64,000 nt of DNA, from NCBI GenBank assembly GCA_951406725.2, contig OX597814.1, positions 39,122,001-39,186,000 on the forward strand, read 5' to 3'. Below the pieces are notes generated by a model, which was given only the letters and a program-made list of their open reading frames with translations, made no database searches and had not been told where the DNA came from. The translations under genes were made by a program, and so were the position numbers. Shown in pieces: positions 25,630 through 38,999 of this stretch. Source of the stretch: Octopus vulgaris. Its lineage: Eukaryota. Position 1 is the stretch's first letter. Every line of letters starts with the position of its first letter.

Positions 25630-28600
25630 CGAAAATGAGCAATAAATTGACTGGACGTATGCAGATAAAATGAAAGATTTTATTATTTTCAGAATGAATC
25701 ATATACAAGGTGAAGATTACAGACGTTTATAGAATAGAAAATCTATCGAAATTCATTACGGCTTTCGTGGCACCTTGTGATGCCGCGTCAACCTCACCAT
25801 TTTTTGTTTTTTATTTGTGTATGTTAAACATACAAATAACACTCTTCTAGTCAATATCCTAGGCTGAGGTATGCAGGACATGCAGTTTTTAGCCAAATCC
25901 ACAAATTTAACATGCAGAAACAAATCATACAATGAGTATCGGTGAAATCCATAGGCGTTACATTCATATGAAGTTTGACCCAGTATATGGCTATCAATTT
26001 GTTACGTTTCGGAATCATAACACATCATACTAGAAGGAGGTCGTATGAAATGGTATGAAATTATACACGTATTTCAATAATGCCATGATGAATATATAAT
26101 TTATAATTAAAGGATGCTTGATTTAGACAATTAAGTTAGTAAGGAACCAATATTTGCCTGTGAGCTATAAATTCTTCCTCTTAAAAGGTAAAAATGAAAT
26201 AATGATAATTAATTCTCTAAATATAATGTTTAGAAAATTAGAACCTGAAACAAAACATTTTTTGATATTGCGAAGCCATGAATAATGTTAGTAAAGCAAA
26301 GTAAAAAAAAAAAATGACTAAGAAAAGAAATGCACATTCCAGCTGTGTTTCTGACCTTAGATGTCTATTACAAATGCATGAATAGCACATAAAACAGAAA
26401 TATGTATACGAAAGGGAAGAAATAATAAATGTTATGTGAAAAAAATTATAAAATTACGAGCGTTTTTTAGTTATTACTGTAATGGAAAAAACAAAAACAG
26501 AGCAAAAAATTTCGTCTAAAACCCAAAGAAATTGAACAGGAGAAAAAACGATCACAATATATGTAAAAAATAATAAATGAATCCTGTTTCTTGCTGTTAT
26601 GTGTCTTTTCTTTATTACAAAATGACATGGGTTGCATGAAAACTTTAAGGTATAAAGCCTGAAGCAAATGTATATAGCTACATACTTCCGTGAATATTAT
26701 CATTGCTCACCCAGTAATGCTATAATTCTATGCAGAGCTAAAAGAGGACATAAAATGATATACATAAATATTCCTCAGCGAATTTTTGAACGACAAATAA
26801 AATGCTTCATATTTAGTTTCTTTCGCTGGTAAATTTGTTTCTTATAATTCATTTTCTTTGGTTTTGTTTGTTCGTCCCATTATCGATGCTGCAATTAAGC
26901 TATAGGTCATTTTCTTCTCTATTATATAAGAAATATATCATATACATTTCTTATGAAACAAACTATTTATATGCAATTTTCTTCCTTCTTCGTGTCAGAG
27001 AAACATTTTTGAAAAACGACTAAAATAACATAAAAAATGATCCATGTCGGATCGAGGAAAAAAAATTGCTCAACGTCAGGACTACCGATTTTCGAATATA
27101 AAATGACAGATATTGTTATAGGCGTGCTGATATACGTTGGTATTAAACGCAAGCACATTTGACCATTCTTGTGTAAGAGCTTCTCTGAATACACTCTAAA
27201 GCACACATAGACGCACACAAAGAGACGATTATACGCACGTAAGCACCCACCTCCCAAAGACACCAACACGCGTATGTATAAGTGTATCTCTCTATTCATG
27301 TACGTGTATTTATATAAAATTTATATATTTACTTACAAATATATAAGAATATATAGTCATATATTGATGCAGTTATAAACATATATATATATACGTCTAT
27401 AGGTTATACATATATATGTGTGTGTGTGTGTATGTGTGATAGAGAGAGAGAGTGTGCGTGTATGTATACACATATAGGTACGCACACACCACTCACACAT
27501 ATTCTTATATGTATGTATATGCGTATGTGTAAATATCTTATCCTTTATACGGGTATCACTATACGTATAATGCAAATGATATATACACTCGTGTTATATT
27601 TTCACATTAATGCTGTGAATGAAGAACATGGCAAACAAACAAAAAAACACTCACGCGGCAGCTTAATTACGTTATGCACTGTTTTGAGCAACCTTTCAGT
27701 CTCTGATACGCAATAGCACATCCTTGTGAGTAAACTTTACGTTACACGTATTTATGGTTAATCAATGGCATATACACTAATCTATCCAGCTGGAATTTTG
27801 TGAAGATTGTGGTATTTTATATTGACTCATTTTTCGCAGTATACAAAATACAGAATTGCAATTATAATATTGCACTTCGACCAGTTATTACAAGATTATT
27901 AACCCACAACTGTATGCATAAAACATAGATACAATATCCGCAAATATCGATGTATATCTGTATGGGAATAATTTTTATATTTTAAAAGATAACACACGCA
28001 AAGATACGTTCTCAAATTTATATATACACACACAAACTCGCATGATGAGAGGTATGTATGCGTGGGGAGGTATACATCTGGATAAATGCGCGTGTGTGGA
28101 TTTAGCTGTGTTTGTGTGTCTACACGGTGATATATTCGTTTTCCATTTTGCTTGTCGTCTATGTATTGGCTTACACTTTTAAAAATGTTAGCAAAGCGTA
28201 AAATATAAATATTTAAGTGTAAAATTAATCCAAACTGACGAAGGAATTTCAGTGATAACATAGAAATGGAGAAAATCATGAGGAAATAAACAGTTTTTGA
28301 CATGGAACTTTAATACGTATATTAGGTATACAAATACCATATTTTTTGCTATCTTTCAGTGTATAAGCCCCTATTCCTATAGTGTTATAAATGTGATTGC
28401 AGAGGGAAAAAACATGAGTTGGCTATTCCGGAAAGTTAGTAAAATAGTGTCAAAATTTTCGGCGCTCGAAACTGCGCAACTCACAAAACCAATTATTGGT
28501 ATTTTAAACGGAATTATACGTTCGTTTCAAGAACTTACATATGTATCCGGAGTGGCTGATACGTCAGTTTTGAACAAAATAAACTGTGGCATGCTTTCCG

Positions 28601-28839
28601 ATTATTTACGTTCGGGTTTCAGATTGTCCAAATCAACACTTTTTTGCTTCCCTCGTGAACCGAGTAAAACCGTTATTTTTTTCGAAGTCGTTGGTGTGTC
28701 AGATAAGATACTTACTGTTATTTTGCGCCGCAATTTATTTTCAGTTCAAATTCCACTGGTGGTGTCTCTTTACTTTTCAAACTTGCAAGACCGATAATAA
28801 AAAGTGCCGATGAAGTATAAGTGACGATATACTCTATTG

Positions 28840-29076
28840 GGGAAGGCGGAGAGCTGGCAGAAACGCTAGCACGCCGGGTGAAATGCGTAGCTGTATTTCG
28901 TCTGCCACTACGTTCTGAGTTCAAATTTCGCCGAGGTCGACTTTGCCTTTCATCCTTTCGGAGATCGATAAATTAAGTACCTGTTACGCAATAGGGTCGA
29001 TGTAATCGACTTAATCCTTTTGACTGTCCTTGTTTGTCCTCTCTGTGTTTAGCCCCTTGTGGGTAGTAAAGAAATA
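28840..29076 (+). mobile_element. tRNA-derived SINE family A, full length with 14-bp TSD
   Basis: gagctggcagaaacgctagc (A-box-like), gagttcaaatt (B box), central catcctttcggagatcgataaattaagtacc; TSD gatatactctattg at 28826-28839 and 29077-29090. Confidence 0.93.
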
Positions 29077-29146
29077 GATATACTCTATTGTTAATCTACC
29101 ACCAAATTTCAGATCGTCTGCCTAGAAATTATAATTATCATCAGAC

Positions 29147-29365
29147 GAAAGACGAACTGGTAGAATTGCTAGCACGCAGAGGAATTTTTTTCGGGAGGGG
29201 GGGATCTTCGTCTGTTATTAATTTCTGAGTACAAATTATGCTGAGATACACTTTGACTTGCATCATTTCGGTGCCGATAAAATACGTACCAGTTTATCAC
29301 TGGAACGATCTTATCGACTTACACCATTCCACCAAATTTCTGGCCTTGTGCTACCATGTGAAAGT
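29147..29365 (+). mobile_element. SINE family A, older copy with type-2 tail
   Basis: gaactggtagaattgctagcacg..ctgagtacaaatt..catttcggtgccgataaaatacgtaccag..aaatttctggccttgtgc. Confidence 0.7.
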
Positions 29366-29611
29366 ATTAGATGAAAGATATTACCGCTATGAGTGGATCA
29401 CCCTTCTCTCACATACATAGTGTCATGGACTAGGTATACAATGTCTACCACTTTTCGAGGGCGTAGCCTGTAAACAGTGTTCAATTTGGCTACAACTACT
29501 TGCAGGTTGAGGAATATGCAATGACGCAATTGAATTTAAGAGACGGAAACTGTTTACGTGTCCGTCATATATGAAAATACTAAGATTCCTTTCGGTTATG
29601 TATGACAATGG

Positions 29612-29843
29612 GACTGCACCTAGAAGAGTAACCTCTGGGCACACATCACCGATGTGATCCATGAGAAATGCAAATGCCGATACAGCCCGATGCTAGTGAC
29701 GTCGAAACTCATTTCTACAGCTGAATGAACTGGATCAACGCAAAATAAAGTGCTTTGCACAACACAAGCTTCGAACGGGAATCGAACTCACTACCACATG
29801 AATGTGAGCTCGATATTCTAACCACTGAGCTACGCATCTCCAC
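29612..29843 (-). mobile_element. SINE family D copy
   Basis: Minus strand: gcgtagctcagtggttagaa..gagttcgattccc..cagctgtagaaatgagtttcgacgtcac. Confidence 0.8.
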
Positions 29844-29882
29844 TACAAAATAGCTACATTGATATTGGTATGTATATTATGG

Positions 29883-29967
<85 letters not shown>

Positions 29968-30017
29968 GGTGCATGTCTCTCTCTCTCTCTATATATATAT
30001 ATATGAGTATATTCATA

Positions 30018-30251
30018 CCTATTTCTTTACTATCCACAAGGGGTTAAACATAGAGAGGACAAACAAGGACAGAGAAACAGCTTAAATCGATTTTACCGAC
30101 CCCAGTGAATAACTGGTACTTATTTAATCGACCCCGAAAGGATGAAAGGCAAAGTCGACCTCGGCGGAATTTGAACTCAGAACGAAACGGCAGACGAAAT
30201 ACGGCTACGCATTTCGCCCGGGGTGCTAACGTTTCAGCTAGCTCGCCGCCT
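30018..30251 (-). mobile_element. SINE family A, full length with TSD
   Basis: Reverse-complement homolog of 28840-29076; TSD tgagtat(a/g)ttcata at 30004-30017 and 30252-30265. Confidence 0.92.
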
Positions 30252-30289
30252 TGAGTATGTTCATATCACTGCATCGACCAAACCATTAT

Positions 30290-31120
30290 ATGATGTTATA
30301 CACTACTGTTCATAAGGTGCTTCCTATTCTGTCTCGATTGTGCCATTCTTTTCTACCTTGACCATAATTGCATAACTAGATCGTCTTCCCATCGTCGTGG
30401 AAGCTTTCCAAGAGGCCTTTTCCGGTTCTTTCGTTGCCACTCGGCAACTGCATGGGTCCACTTATTGTCTGTGAACCTGGTGATATGTTCGACTTAGATG
30501 AACGTGTGCTTTAGGTATTCTGCGATAACATCTTTACTTCTGCTCCTTTTACGACTGATCCCGCTTCAAATATGCTCTTGTAATGCTATTGCTAGTATGT
30601 ATATCTTCATATCCCTTTGCGTCGTTGCCAATCTGTTCTAAGCTCTTTGCAGTAGCCCATGTCTCTCCTGCGTGTGACAGTGATGATAGGACGGTGCAAT
30701 TGAAGAGTCAGACACATAGGATTTCCTAGCATTATATAGAGCACATGCTTCATTGAGTTACCTTCCATCGTTTAATCTTCTGAGGTTTCAGCATCCATAT
30801 CACGGCGCATATTCACTTGATTGAGATTTCATCCCACTGCACGAAACTTTCGATAAATTCCTTCTATGGCTGGCTCCACTTCAGTAATGCTTGTCATTGA
30901 AATTTAGCCTATGTTTCGAGTGCCAATATATGTATTCACTTTGTTTAATCACCTATATTCTGGGTGCCTATATACGCATTCATTCTGTTAAAGGGGTCTC
31001 AATCAAATCTCTTGACAGAACTTCCTACCATCTGTTGTATAGGTTGTCCTCAATAGGGTAGCACATACTGATTCCTTCTCTGATTGAGGATTTAAACAAT
31101 GCATTATATCCAGTAAAGTT
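30290..31120 (-). mobile_element. RTE-clade LINE, RT C-terminal remnant
   Basis: Minus strand: LFNCTVLSSLSHAGETWAT..LATTQRDM (LFxxxVLPALTYGSETW..TQRAMER) and KWTHAVAEWQRKNRKRPLGKLPRRWEDDL (RWT..EWxPR..KRxRGRPPxRWxDD). Confidence 0.8.
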
Positions 31121-32222
31121 TATCGCACAATTTACTTAAAGTTCTTAAAGTCTTATTCTGGAGACCAAACCTTTGTAACTATATATTGAATTTAAGAACT
31201 GCTAAAATTCAATCGAGCTCCTTTTCTATGCGTTAGATTATTGTATGCAATTCATACATTTATCGGCATGTATACATAGACAGTGACACATTTCATAATA
31301 TTAATTTTCTGTGTTCTTGTGGGTCGGCTGGACCTACGTACTATGGAAAACGTACCTACCGACGTGTAACTATCATCATATTATTCTGGTTTAAACAGAG
31401 CTGTAGTCAAACAATATGTTCGATATAACAGAGAAATATCTCTAACAGCGCTATGTTTCTAAAAAAATACAGAGTATATGTAAGAATACGGGAAATATGT
31501 GTTAATACACATCAGCGAATAGAAGATGTTCGCAGAAAAGGAAAAAAAACAATATTACGAAATCACTTGAATAATTTAATGTTAGAAAACAAAATTAATG
31601 CTTCTTATATATATGAAATCACAGAATTCTAATTTTTTACAGAGTAAAAAATTCTGACCTATAATTTCGACGAACTCTATATTCAATAGCAGCTTGAGTA
31701 TCTGAATGCTTCACAAGGCCCAGAGGGGTAAATGTTTATTGAAGAGATCGCTGTATTTGAATATTTACAGAAGACAACCAGCTCGAAGCTGCCAAGTATA
31801 TTTCAAGAATTCCCTCCCCCCTCACAAAATACAAATGTGTTAAACGGCAAATGTCGGTGAATTCCTTTAGCGCTGCTCCCATAGCTAAATACTCTTGTGA
31901 AGTAAGGAAGAAACTATTTGTCTCAGGAGACAATAGATGTCAATACTAATCAAATAGGCAATATAAGTGAATGGACCCAAAAGACGAATCCATTGAACCC
32001 GGCGGTATACGAAACGTCAATAAAATAAAATGGTTTCGAAAGTGAATTATTAACATACAAACGGAAGGTCTCTGCCGTGAAAGCATATTGCACGAACATA
32101 CGGAAAAAATATGATACTTCATTTCATCTGTTATAAGACACTCCAAATATGTAAAAATATGGAGGGAATCATACTGAGTTAATAGAAAATTACATTGCAA
32201 TACATACACGCATACATATATA

Positions 32223-32227
<5 letters not shown>

Positions 32228-32269
<42 letters not shown>

Positions 32270-32290
32270 ATATATAAAAGTATTATTGTA

Positions 32291-32325
<35 letters not shown>

Positions 32326-32355
32326 AAAGTATTATTGTAATGTATCTATATGTGT

Positions 32356-32392
<37 letters not shown>

Positions 32393-32404
32393 AGTATTAT
32401 CGTA

Positions 32405-32447
<43 letters not shown>

Positions 32448-32474
32448 ATATATGTATATAAAAGTATTATTGTA

Positions 32475-32528
<54 letters not shown>
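32228..32528. repeat. (TA)n array punctuated by four copies of aaaagtattat(t/c)gtaatg
   Basis: Unit seen at ~32276, ~32325, ~32390 and ~32460. Confidence 0.9.
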
Positions 32529-32529
32529 G

Positions 32530-32855
32530 CTACAGCTGATTGAACTGAAGCGACGTGAAATTAAGTGACTTGCTGAAGTACATAACACGCAGCCCATGTT
32601 GTGTTCTTGAGCAACACACTTAATTTAACGTTGCTCCAGTTCACTCAGCTGTAGAAATGAGTTTCGACTTCACTGGTGCCAAACTGTATCTGCTTTGCCT
32701 TTCTCTTGGATATCATTAGTGGCGTCGAGAGGGGGGCTGGTGTTCATGGGCTACTGCTAGTCTTCCGTTAAACAACATTGCCCATACTTGTGCTTCAGAG
32801 GGTAACTGTGTAGGTGCAATCCTTTGGTCATTCCTGAGTGAAGGGACTCCTCTTT
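32530..32855 (+). mobile_element. SINE family D, 5'-truncated with an inverted 5' segment
   Basis: 32597-32855 is homologous to family D; 32530-32587 is the reverse complement of 32597-32654. Confidence 0.8.
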
Positions 32856-33094
32856 TTATACATATGATATAAATATATGCATATAAAATACAGTGTGCAT
32901 TTAAACACATTAAGAGGTGTCTATCATAGGACTCATCTTTAGCTCGAAGAAACAGTTAAAGTCCAAACCACTAATTAGGAATAAAATCTCGAAGGGAATG
33001 AAAAATAAAAATAGTTATCATGTATAATAATCATAATAATAATATTAGTATTATTATTATCATTATTATTATTACTTTTTATTATTGTTGTTAT

Positions 33095-33211
33095 TATTCA
33101 GATCACATACTGGAATCGGACTCGGAATCTTAGGGTTAGTAGCCCGCGCTCTTAACCCCAAGATTCCGAGTTCGATTCCATGTAGTAACCTCAATAATAA
33201 TAATAATAATA

Positions 33212-33253
<42 letters not shown>

Positions 33254-33288
33254 ATTATTATTATTATTATTATTGTTATTATTATTAA

Positions 33289-33320
<32 letters not shown>

Positions 33321-33510
33321 CATCAAAAAATACTTTAGAAATGAGAATCCTGGTTCGAAATGTCCCCAAGACACATGATTGAGACTGGAGGGTATATCAG
33401 CCGAAAAGTAGTGTTAACAACAAACAAATTGAGGATAAATATTCGTCAAATATAAATAATGTAAATAGTATAAATGTTGTACATAATTCCTCATCTCATA
33501 TATAGAACTA
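33095..33510 (+). mobile_element. tRNA-head repeat with internal (TAA/TTA)n and downstream hammerhead-like motif; inverted 5' segment
   Basis: tRNA-like ggttaagagcgcgggctactaaccc..gagttcgattcc; related sequence at 63410-63490; motif acac-ATGATTG-a-gactg..cagcc-GAAA-agta-gtgt at 33371-33414. Confidence 0.65.
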
Positions 33511-34704
33511 CAAATACCTACTGTCATTGTAAGTTTTTAAATAAACAGAAATACGTAATAAAATCAACATACATCATTTTACTGTTTCTTTCGTCTCTAC
33601 ATTTATTTTTTTTTTTAAATAATTTAAAAAAATGTTCTATATTAATATATTTATCTGCATGTGTTTACTTTATGTGTACTGCAATGTTATGTATACCTGC
33701 CATGCATTTATGTACACCATTGATATATAAATGCATTTGTTTGTGTGTGTGAGTGTGTGGGAAAAGTGTGCGTCTGTCTCTAAAATTCCAAATTTGAATA
33801 ACGTTTTCACACTTGGATATGTAAACTGCGATTAGAATAACACTGGTTAACAAACATTTTTTGCCAAGGAAAAGAATACCTGCATCTGATATATTTTTCC
33901 ATGCAGAATTCAAAACTAACGTCGAATTATCTGTTTCACTCACAGTTTCTCCGCTCCGCGATAGCCCTCTGATTTGCTGTTACTTTGGCTAAATTTCATA
34001 AGCTGTTGCAATGTGAAGCTAGCGGTTTAAGAATAACTCCTAATTTAAATTTTTATTAATAGAATTAACCTTGTGAAATAATAAATACAGCTCTCTGAGT
34101 CAATGAGTCCCAAAAATATATGAAATGAAAAACATGTAAAAATTGGTACACACAGTAAAAGCTCAGAAACATACTAACGCACGGGAAGATTAAAATAAAA
34201 CACGCGAGTGAAAAGAATCACCTGTTGAGAAGAATCAACATAGAAAACAGTGGCACAGGCAACAGTGAACCATAACACAATATGCCGTTGTCATTGTAAG
34301 AAGCTGCTAATCCCACGTTGTCTGTTGACTACTTAATATTACCGAAATTTCCCAACTTTAATTCCAAATACATCAGATTTTTTAAATTTACCAGATAAAG
34401 CAATTGGCTGATCGCGGTCAAGATTCGGAGTGGTATCGATACACCAAAATTGAAAGCGATCTGAGCAAAAGTAAGTTGGGCTCATTTTGCGAATGAGAAA
34501 GATTAAATCCGCTGTGAACTATAAAAAAACATTTTTCAGCTTATCGAGATTAGATATGGGGAAAAATGTTCATCCATCTGCGTCAGTAAACCATTATTTT
34601 TCTTGAAAGTTGTTTCGTATATCTTCTACGGACTGCTCGAAGCTTACCAACTTCTTACACCTGGATACATAGATCTGACCTTTACGTATTACAATTTATA
34701 TATA

Positions 34705-35074
34705 TACTCTTTACTCTCATTACACTTTTACGTTTTTCAGTTATTTGACTGCGGCCATGCTGGATCACCGCCTTTCGTCGAGCAAATCGACCCCGGGACT
34801 TATTCTATCGGTCTCTTTTGTTAAATTGCTAAAGGACGGGGACATAAGCACACCACCATCGGTTGTCAAGCAATGCTAAGGGGACAAACACAGACACTTA
34901 AATATGCACGCATACATCTGCATACATATATACGTCTGACTTCCTTCGGTTTCCGTCTACCAAACCCACTCACAAGGCTTTGGTTGGCCCGAGGCTATAG
35001 TAGAAACACTTGCCCAAAATGCCAACAAGTGGGACTGAACCCGGAACCAAATGGTTGGTAAGCAAGCTACTTAC
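34705..35074 (-). mobile_element. SINE family B copy
   Basis: Homologous along its length to 3646-4016. Confidence 0.88.
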
Positions 35075-35169
35075 AAGACTTGTGCGTATATGTATGAATG
35101 TGTGCGTGCCTCTCAGTGTTTATCCATATACCTCCTTATATGCCTCCGGCTTGTCTATGGTGTAATGGG

Positions 35170-35370
35170 CCACAGGCACACCTAACCGTAACATACTTTT
35201 CATGGAGAATCAGCGTCATAAAGAACGTTACAAGGCTGGTCATTTGAAATAAGTTGTGTACACATTTTTGTCAGCTGAGTCACCTGGAGAAATGAGAAAT
35301 GAAGTGCCCTTTTCGAGGACACAACTCTGAACATTACGATCGTGAGCCAAATACTCGAAACACTAAGTCA
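35170..35370 (-). mobile_element. Degenerate SINE, family D-like
   Basis: cagctgagtcacctggagaaatgagaaatgaagtgccc..ggacacaac resembles 29719-29765. Confidence 0.5.
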
Positions 35371-35851
35371 CAAACATGACGTCATGCCACTCTTCTAATC
35401 TTTACACTCATACCACCACTTACAGACACCTCTATACTTCTGATCTGTCATATTTCTAACCTATAATTAGATATGCAAGATCACACAGACGCCGTACTTT
35501 ATTTTGCATAGTTCTAAACATGAATGTACTCTTATACTTCTATATACTCAACCCTTTCCCTTTTCATCCCCATCACAGAACAGTATCCCCATGTGTCTTC
35601 TAACACTTGGAAGATTTTTCCTCTATGAATATTTTCTTTCTAAATATTTCTATGGTAATCTCTTTGTTTCTTCTGCTGAACGTCTGAAGTACAAAACGTT
35701 AAGATTATTTGTTCTTGTATTGAAGCGGTCAAATTACAAACGTTGTATATAATTTCCTAATGGTGTTCTTCCTGTATTCTTTTTCTCCTTCATTATATGC
35801 ATATATTCTCATCTATTTATTCGCCTCTCTTTATTTTCCTTCTCTCTCTCC

Positions 35852-35856
<5 letters not shown>

Positions 35857-35939
<83 letters not shown>

Positions 35940-36052
35940 TGTAAATGTATATATATATATACATATATGTATATGTATATGTACATACATACATATATGT
36001 ATATATATATATATACATATATACATATATGCATATATACATATATACATAT

Positions 36053-36083
<31 letters not shown>

Positions 36084-36179
36084 AATATATATAAATATAT
36101 ATATGTATATATATATAAATATATATATGTATATGTATATATATATGTATATGTATATATATAGATATATAGATATATA

Positions 36180-36239
<60 letters not shown>
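35857..36239. repeat. Long imperfect (TA)n microsatellite
   Basis: Direct observation. Confidence 0.95.
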
Positions 36240-36244
<5 letters not shown>

Positions 36245-38523
36245 ACAGAGACAGACAGTCATATCGAGTGATATACTCTATATAGCTATAGTTTTCTCTA
36301 ATTTTCACCTTGAAAATTTAAACAAAAGTGAATATATTTTGTTCTCTGTTTATTGCTTTGAAATATTTCTCTTTCTACTGACCACTTATTAGAAATCAAG
36401 TAACGGTGTGAGCGTATAAAATTCATTATTTAAATCAATGTGAAATGGAACTCTAACGAGAGGACAAATTTGCATATCGTTTGTTCGCTTGTGATATGAC
36501 CAAATAAATCATTACTGCTTCTTCACAAGGGAGATTTTATAAGGTAACTAAATATAAATTCCTAATAACTAAACAGATTTTATAAATTTTACTCTGTAGC
36601 GTTAAGTGACATGAATGCACAGTATTCTATCACTTGTTAGGAAAAACAAGGAGGCTGTCGTAATGTATTTCATGTTTGTTCAAGAAATAGTGTTGAACTG
36701 AGACCAGTAGAATTTGTATAACAACGCATGCGCTCAGAAGTGGATTGCTAAGTTCATTCCTCAGTAATTATACTGCATTTTAGACTATTTTAAATACAAC
36801 GCTTACCTTAATTATTAAACATGCAATTTAAACCTCGCCTCATGTCGCAGTTTTATACTATGTTTTTTGTCACATTTGTAGGTAACTTCTTGATACTTTC
36901 AATGCATATAAATTACGACGACTTTGATTTTATGCCTTTACGTAAATCTAAGAATCTTGAAACAATTCTGATTACTCCAGTTCCGTGATGAAAGCCCCAG
37001 TTGCTATGAATTGTTATTGCAAATATTCCAGTAGTATCGGTATATATTACATGCTCAATCTACAGGCATACATTTAAAAAGAAAAAATATCATTTAATGC
37101 ATGAACTAATTGATCGATGATTTCAGTGAGAGCTCTATTATTCAGATTATACTTTAGCTACCACCTTAATTGAAGCCATATATGAGCAACTTTAGAAAGT
37201 CCAAATATATGTCAGATATATTCCATTGTTTTTTTGTTGCTGTTGTTTAGTTTTTTTTGCTTGCACGGAAAAGAAAAAATATAGGATGTAATATATATTT
37301 TTTTCTACTCTTAATATAGCTAACATAAAGTATTCCTTTAAAAACGTAAATTTTCGATTTCAGTTTATCGAAAAAGTGCTCTGATGTGAGCTATGAATCA
37401 ACTAATCCGTGTTATTTCATGCATTCAGATCAGTCTGAAAAAGCTTAGATGAGTCCTGTATTTGACATTCTACAAATGACGTAAAGCTATTCTCTACATA
37501 GAGAGAATTTGGGAACATTTTCCCTGTTGATGAAGATAAACTTTATGTTACATTTTTTCTGGGTGTTCTTATCAAAATTCTGCTCCTCAAGTATTTTATA
37601 TACATTTGTGTGAACTAGATTTTGAGTGTGGACGTGCACATGCATGTTTGCATAGAGATCATATATTGTCTTACGCAAGTAATATATAAAATACAGACTC
37701 TGTCCAGAATTTTTTTTAATTCTTCAGTAACCAAACGTCTGCTACGTTCAAGATGAATCCCCTCTCATTTTCAGTATTTCAAGCATCTTCTTCACATATT
37801 TCTTCTATCGTTGTATACGAAATTAAATGCAATTCGTTTGTGTTCCACAATGTTTAAGAGGAGCAGTTCAATTTTCTGCATGGCGATTTAAAGTTTTTGA
37901 ACAGTCGTGAAATTGCTTAGATGCAGCGCCTTCTGAATATATGAGCTTCGATATTAATGTAGATTTCAACACGTATCTCATAGTTTCCTTTCGATATAAT
38001 ACATACGGTTACCGAACTATCATCTAATATTATCATATCTAGTTTTGTTTAGCGTTCTGTAATATAATATTTTGTCAGGAATGGTTCTATCTTGATTTAT
38101 CAGAGCCTACATCAAAAACTAATATAATGCAGTACTATACAATATGAAATATGTCGAGTTGGAATGGTTCCTCTTCGAATTTCGAAAAGTGATGAAAAAA
38201 GCCAAATAATCTTATTTTGTAAATTAACCACAGAATATCTCATATACATGTATAAAATATTATATTTTGCCGTTTGGTTAAATGGAGTCTGTGTAACTTC
38301 ATAGCCTCTGTCGATTTCAAATAAAACATATTGTGTTGGTCGCTAGAGATGTCCTACAGGAATTTATTAGCAGCATAACTAAGGAAACTTATTCATACAA
38401 ACACGCACACCTACACCACATATATACACATAAATGCATCTCTCCCCTCTCTCTCTATCTCTTTCTCTCACTCGCTGTATATATGCGTGTGTTTGCGCAT
38501 ATACATAAAAACACACACCGACT

Positions 38524-38530
<7 letters not shown>

Positions 38531-38587
<57 letters not shown>
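38531..38587. repeat. (TA)n microsatellite
   Basis: Direct observation. Confidence 0.95.
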
Positions 38588-38594
<7 letters not shown>

Positions 38595-38999
38595 TCTCTC
38601 GCTTTCTATGTATGTGTGTATGATCATGAAACATGATATATAAAGTTTCTGTCTTCAACAACTAGCATTTCCCTAGATATCCGTATTGACAGAATATTTA
38701 TTATTTGCGTGTTAGAAATGAGAAATTGAAATATATTAGTGGCTGAAATATTGTTTTAAGTTAACCTAGAATACAAGAACCTGCTGCACATTTCAGCTGC
38801 TTTGGTTATACAACACACCTTATAGTTTAGCTTCTTTCGCTACAATAACAACACCACCTGCATAATTCTACTGCACATTTAACATTGTAGTCCTCTAAAT
38901 ATACCCCAATCGTTCAATATATCTCTGAACAACAAAGCGAGGTGTCCCATTTGTTTTACAAAACAATAGTTAGTTGCATTACTCGTAATAGATCTCAAG

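Noticed and set aside
32276-32480. CRISPR-like repeat-spacer pattern
   Set aside because: The spacers are TA runs, the context is eukaryotic and there are no cas genes
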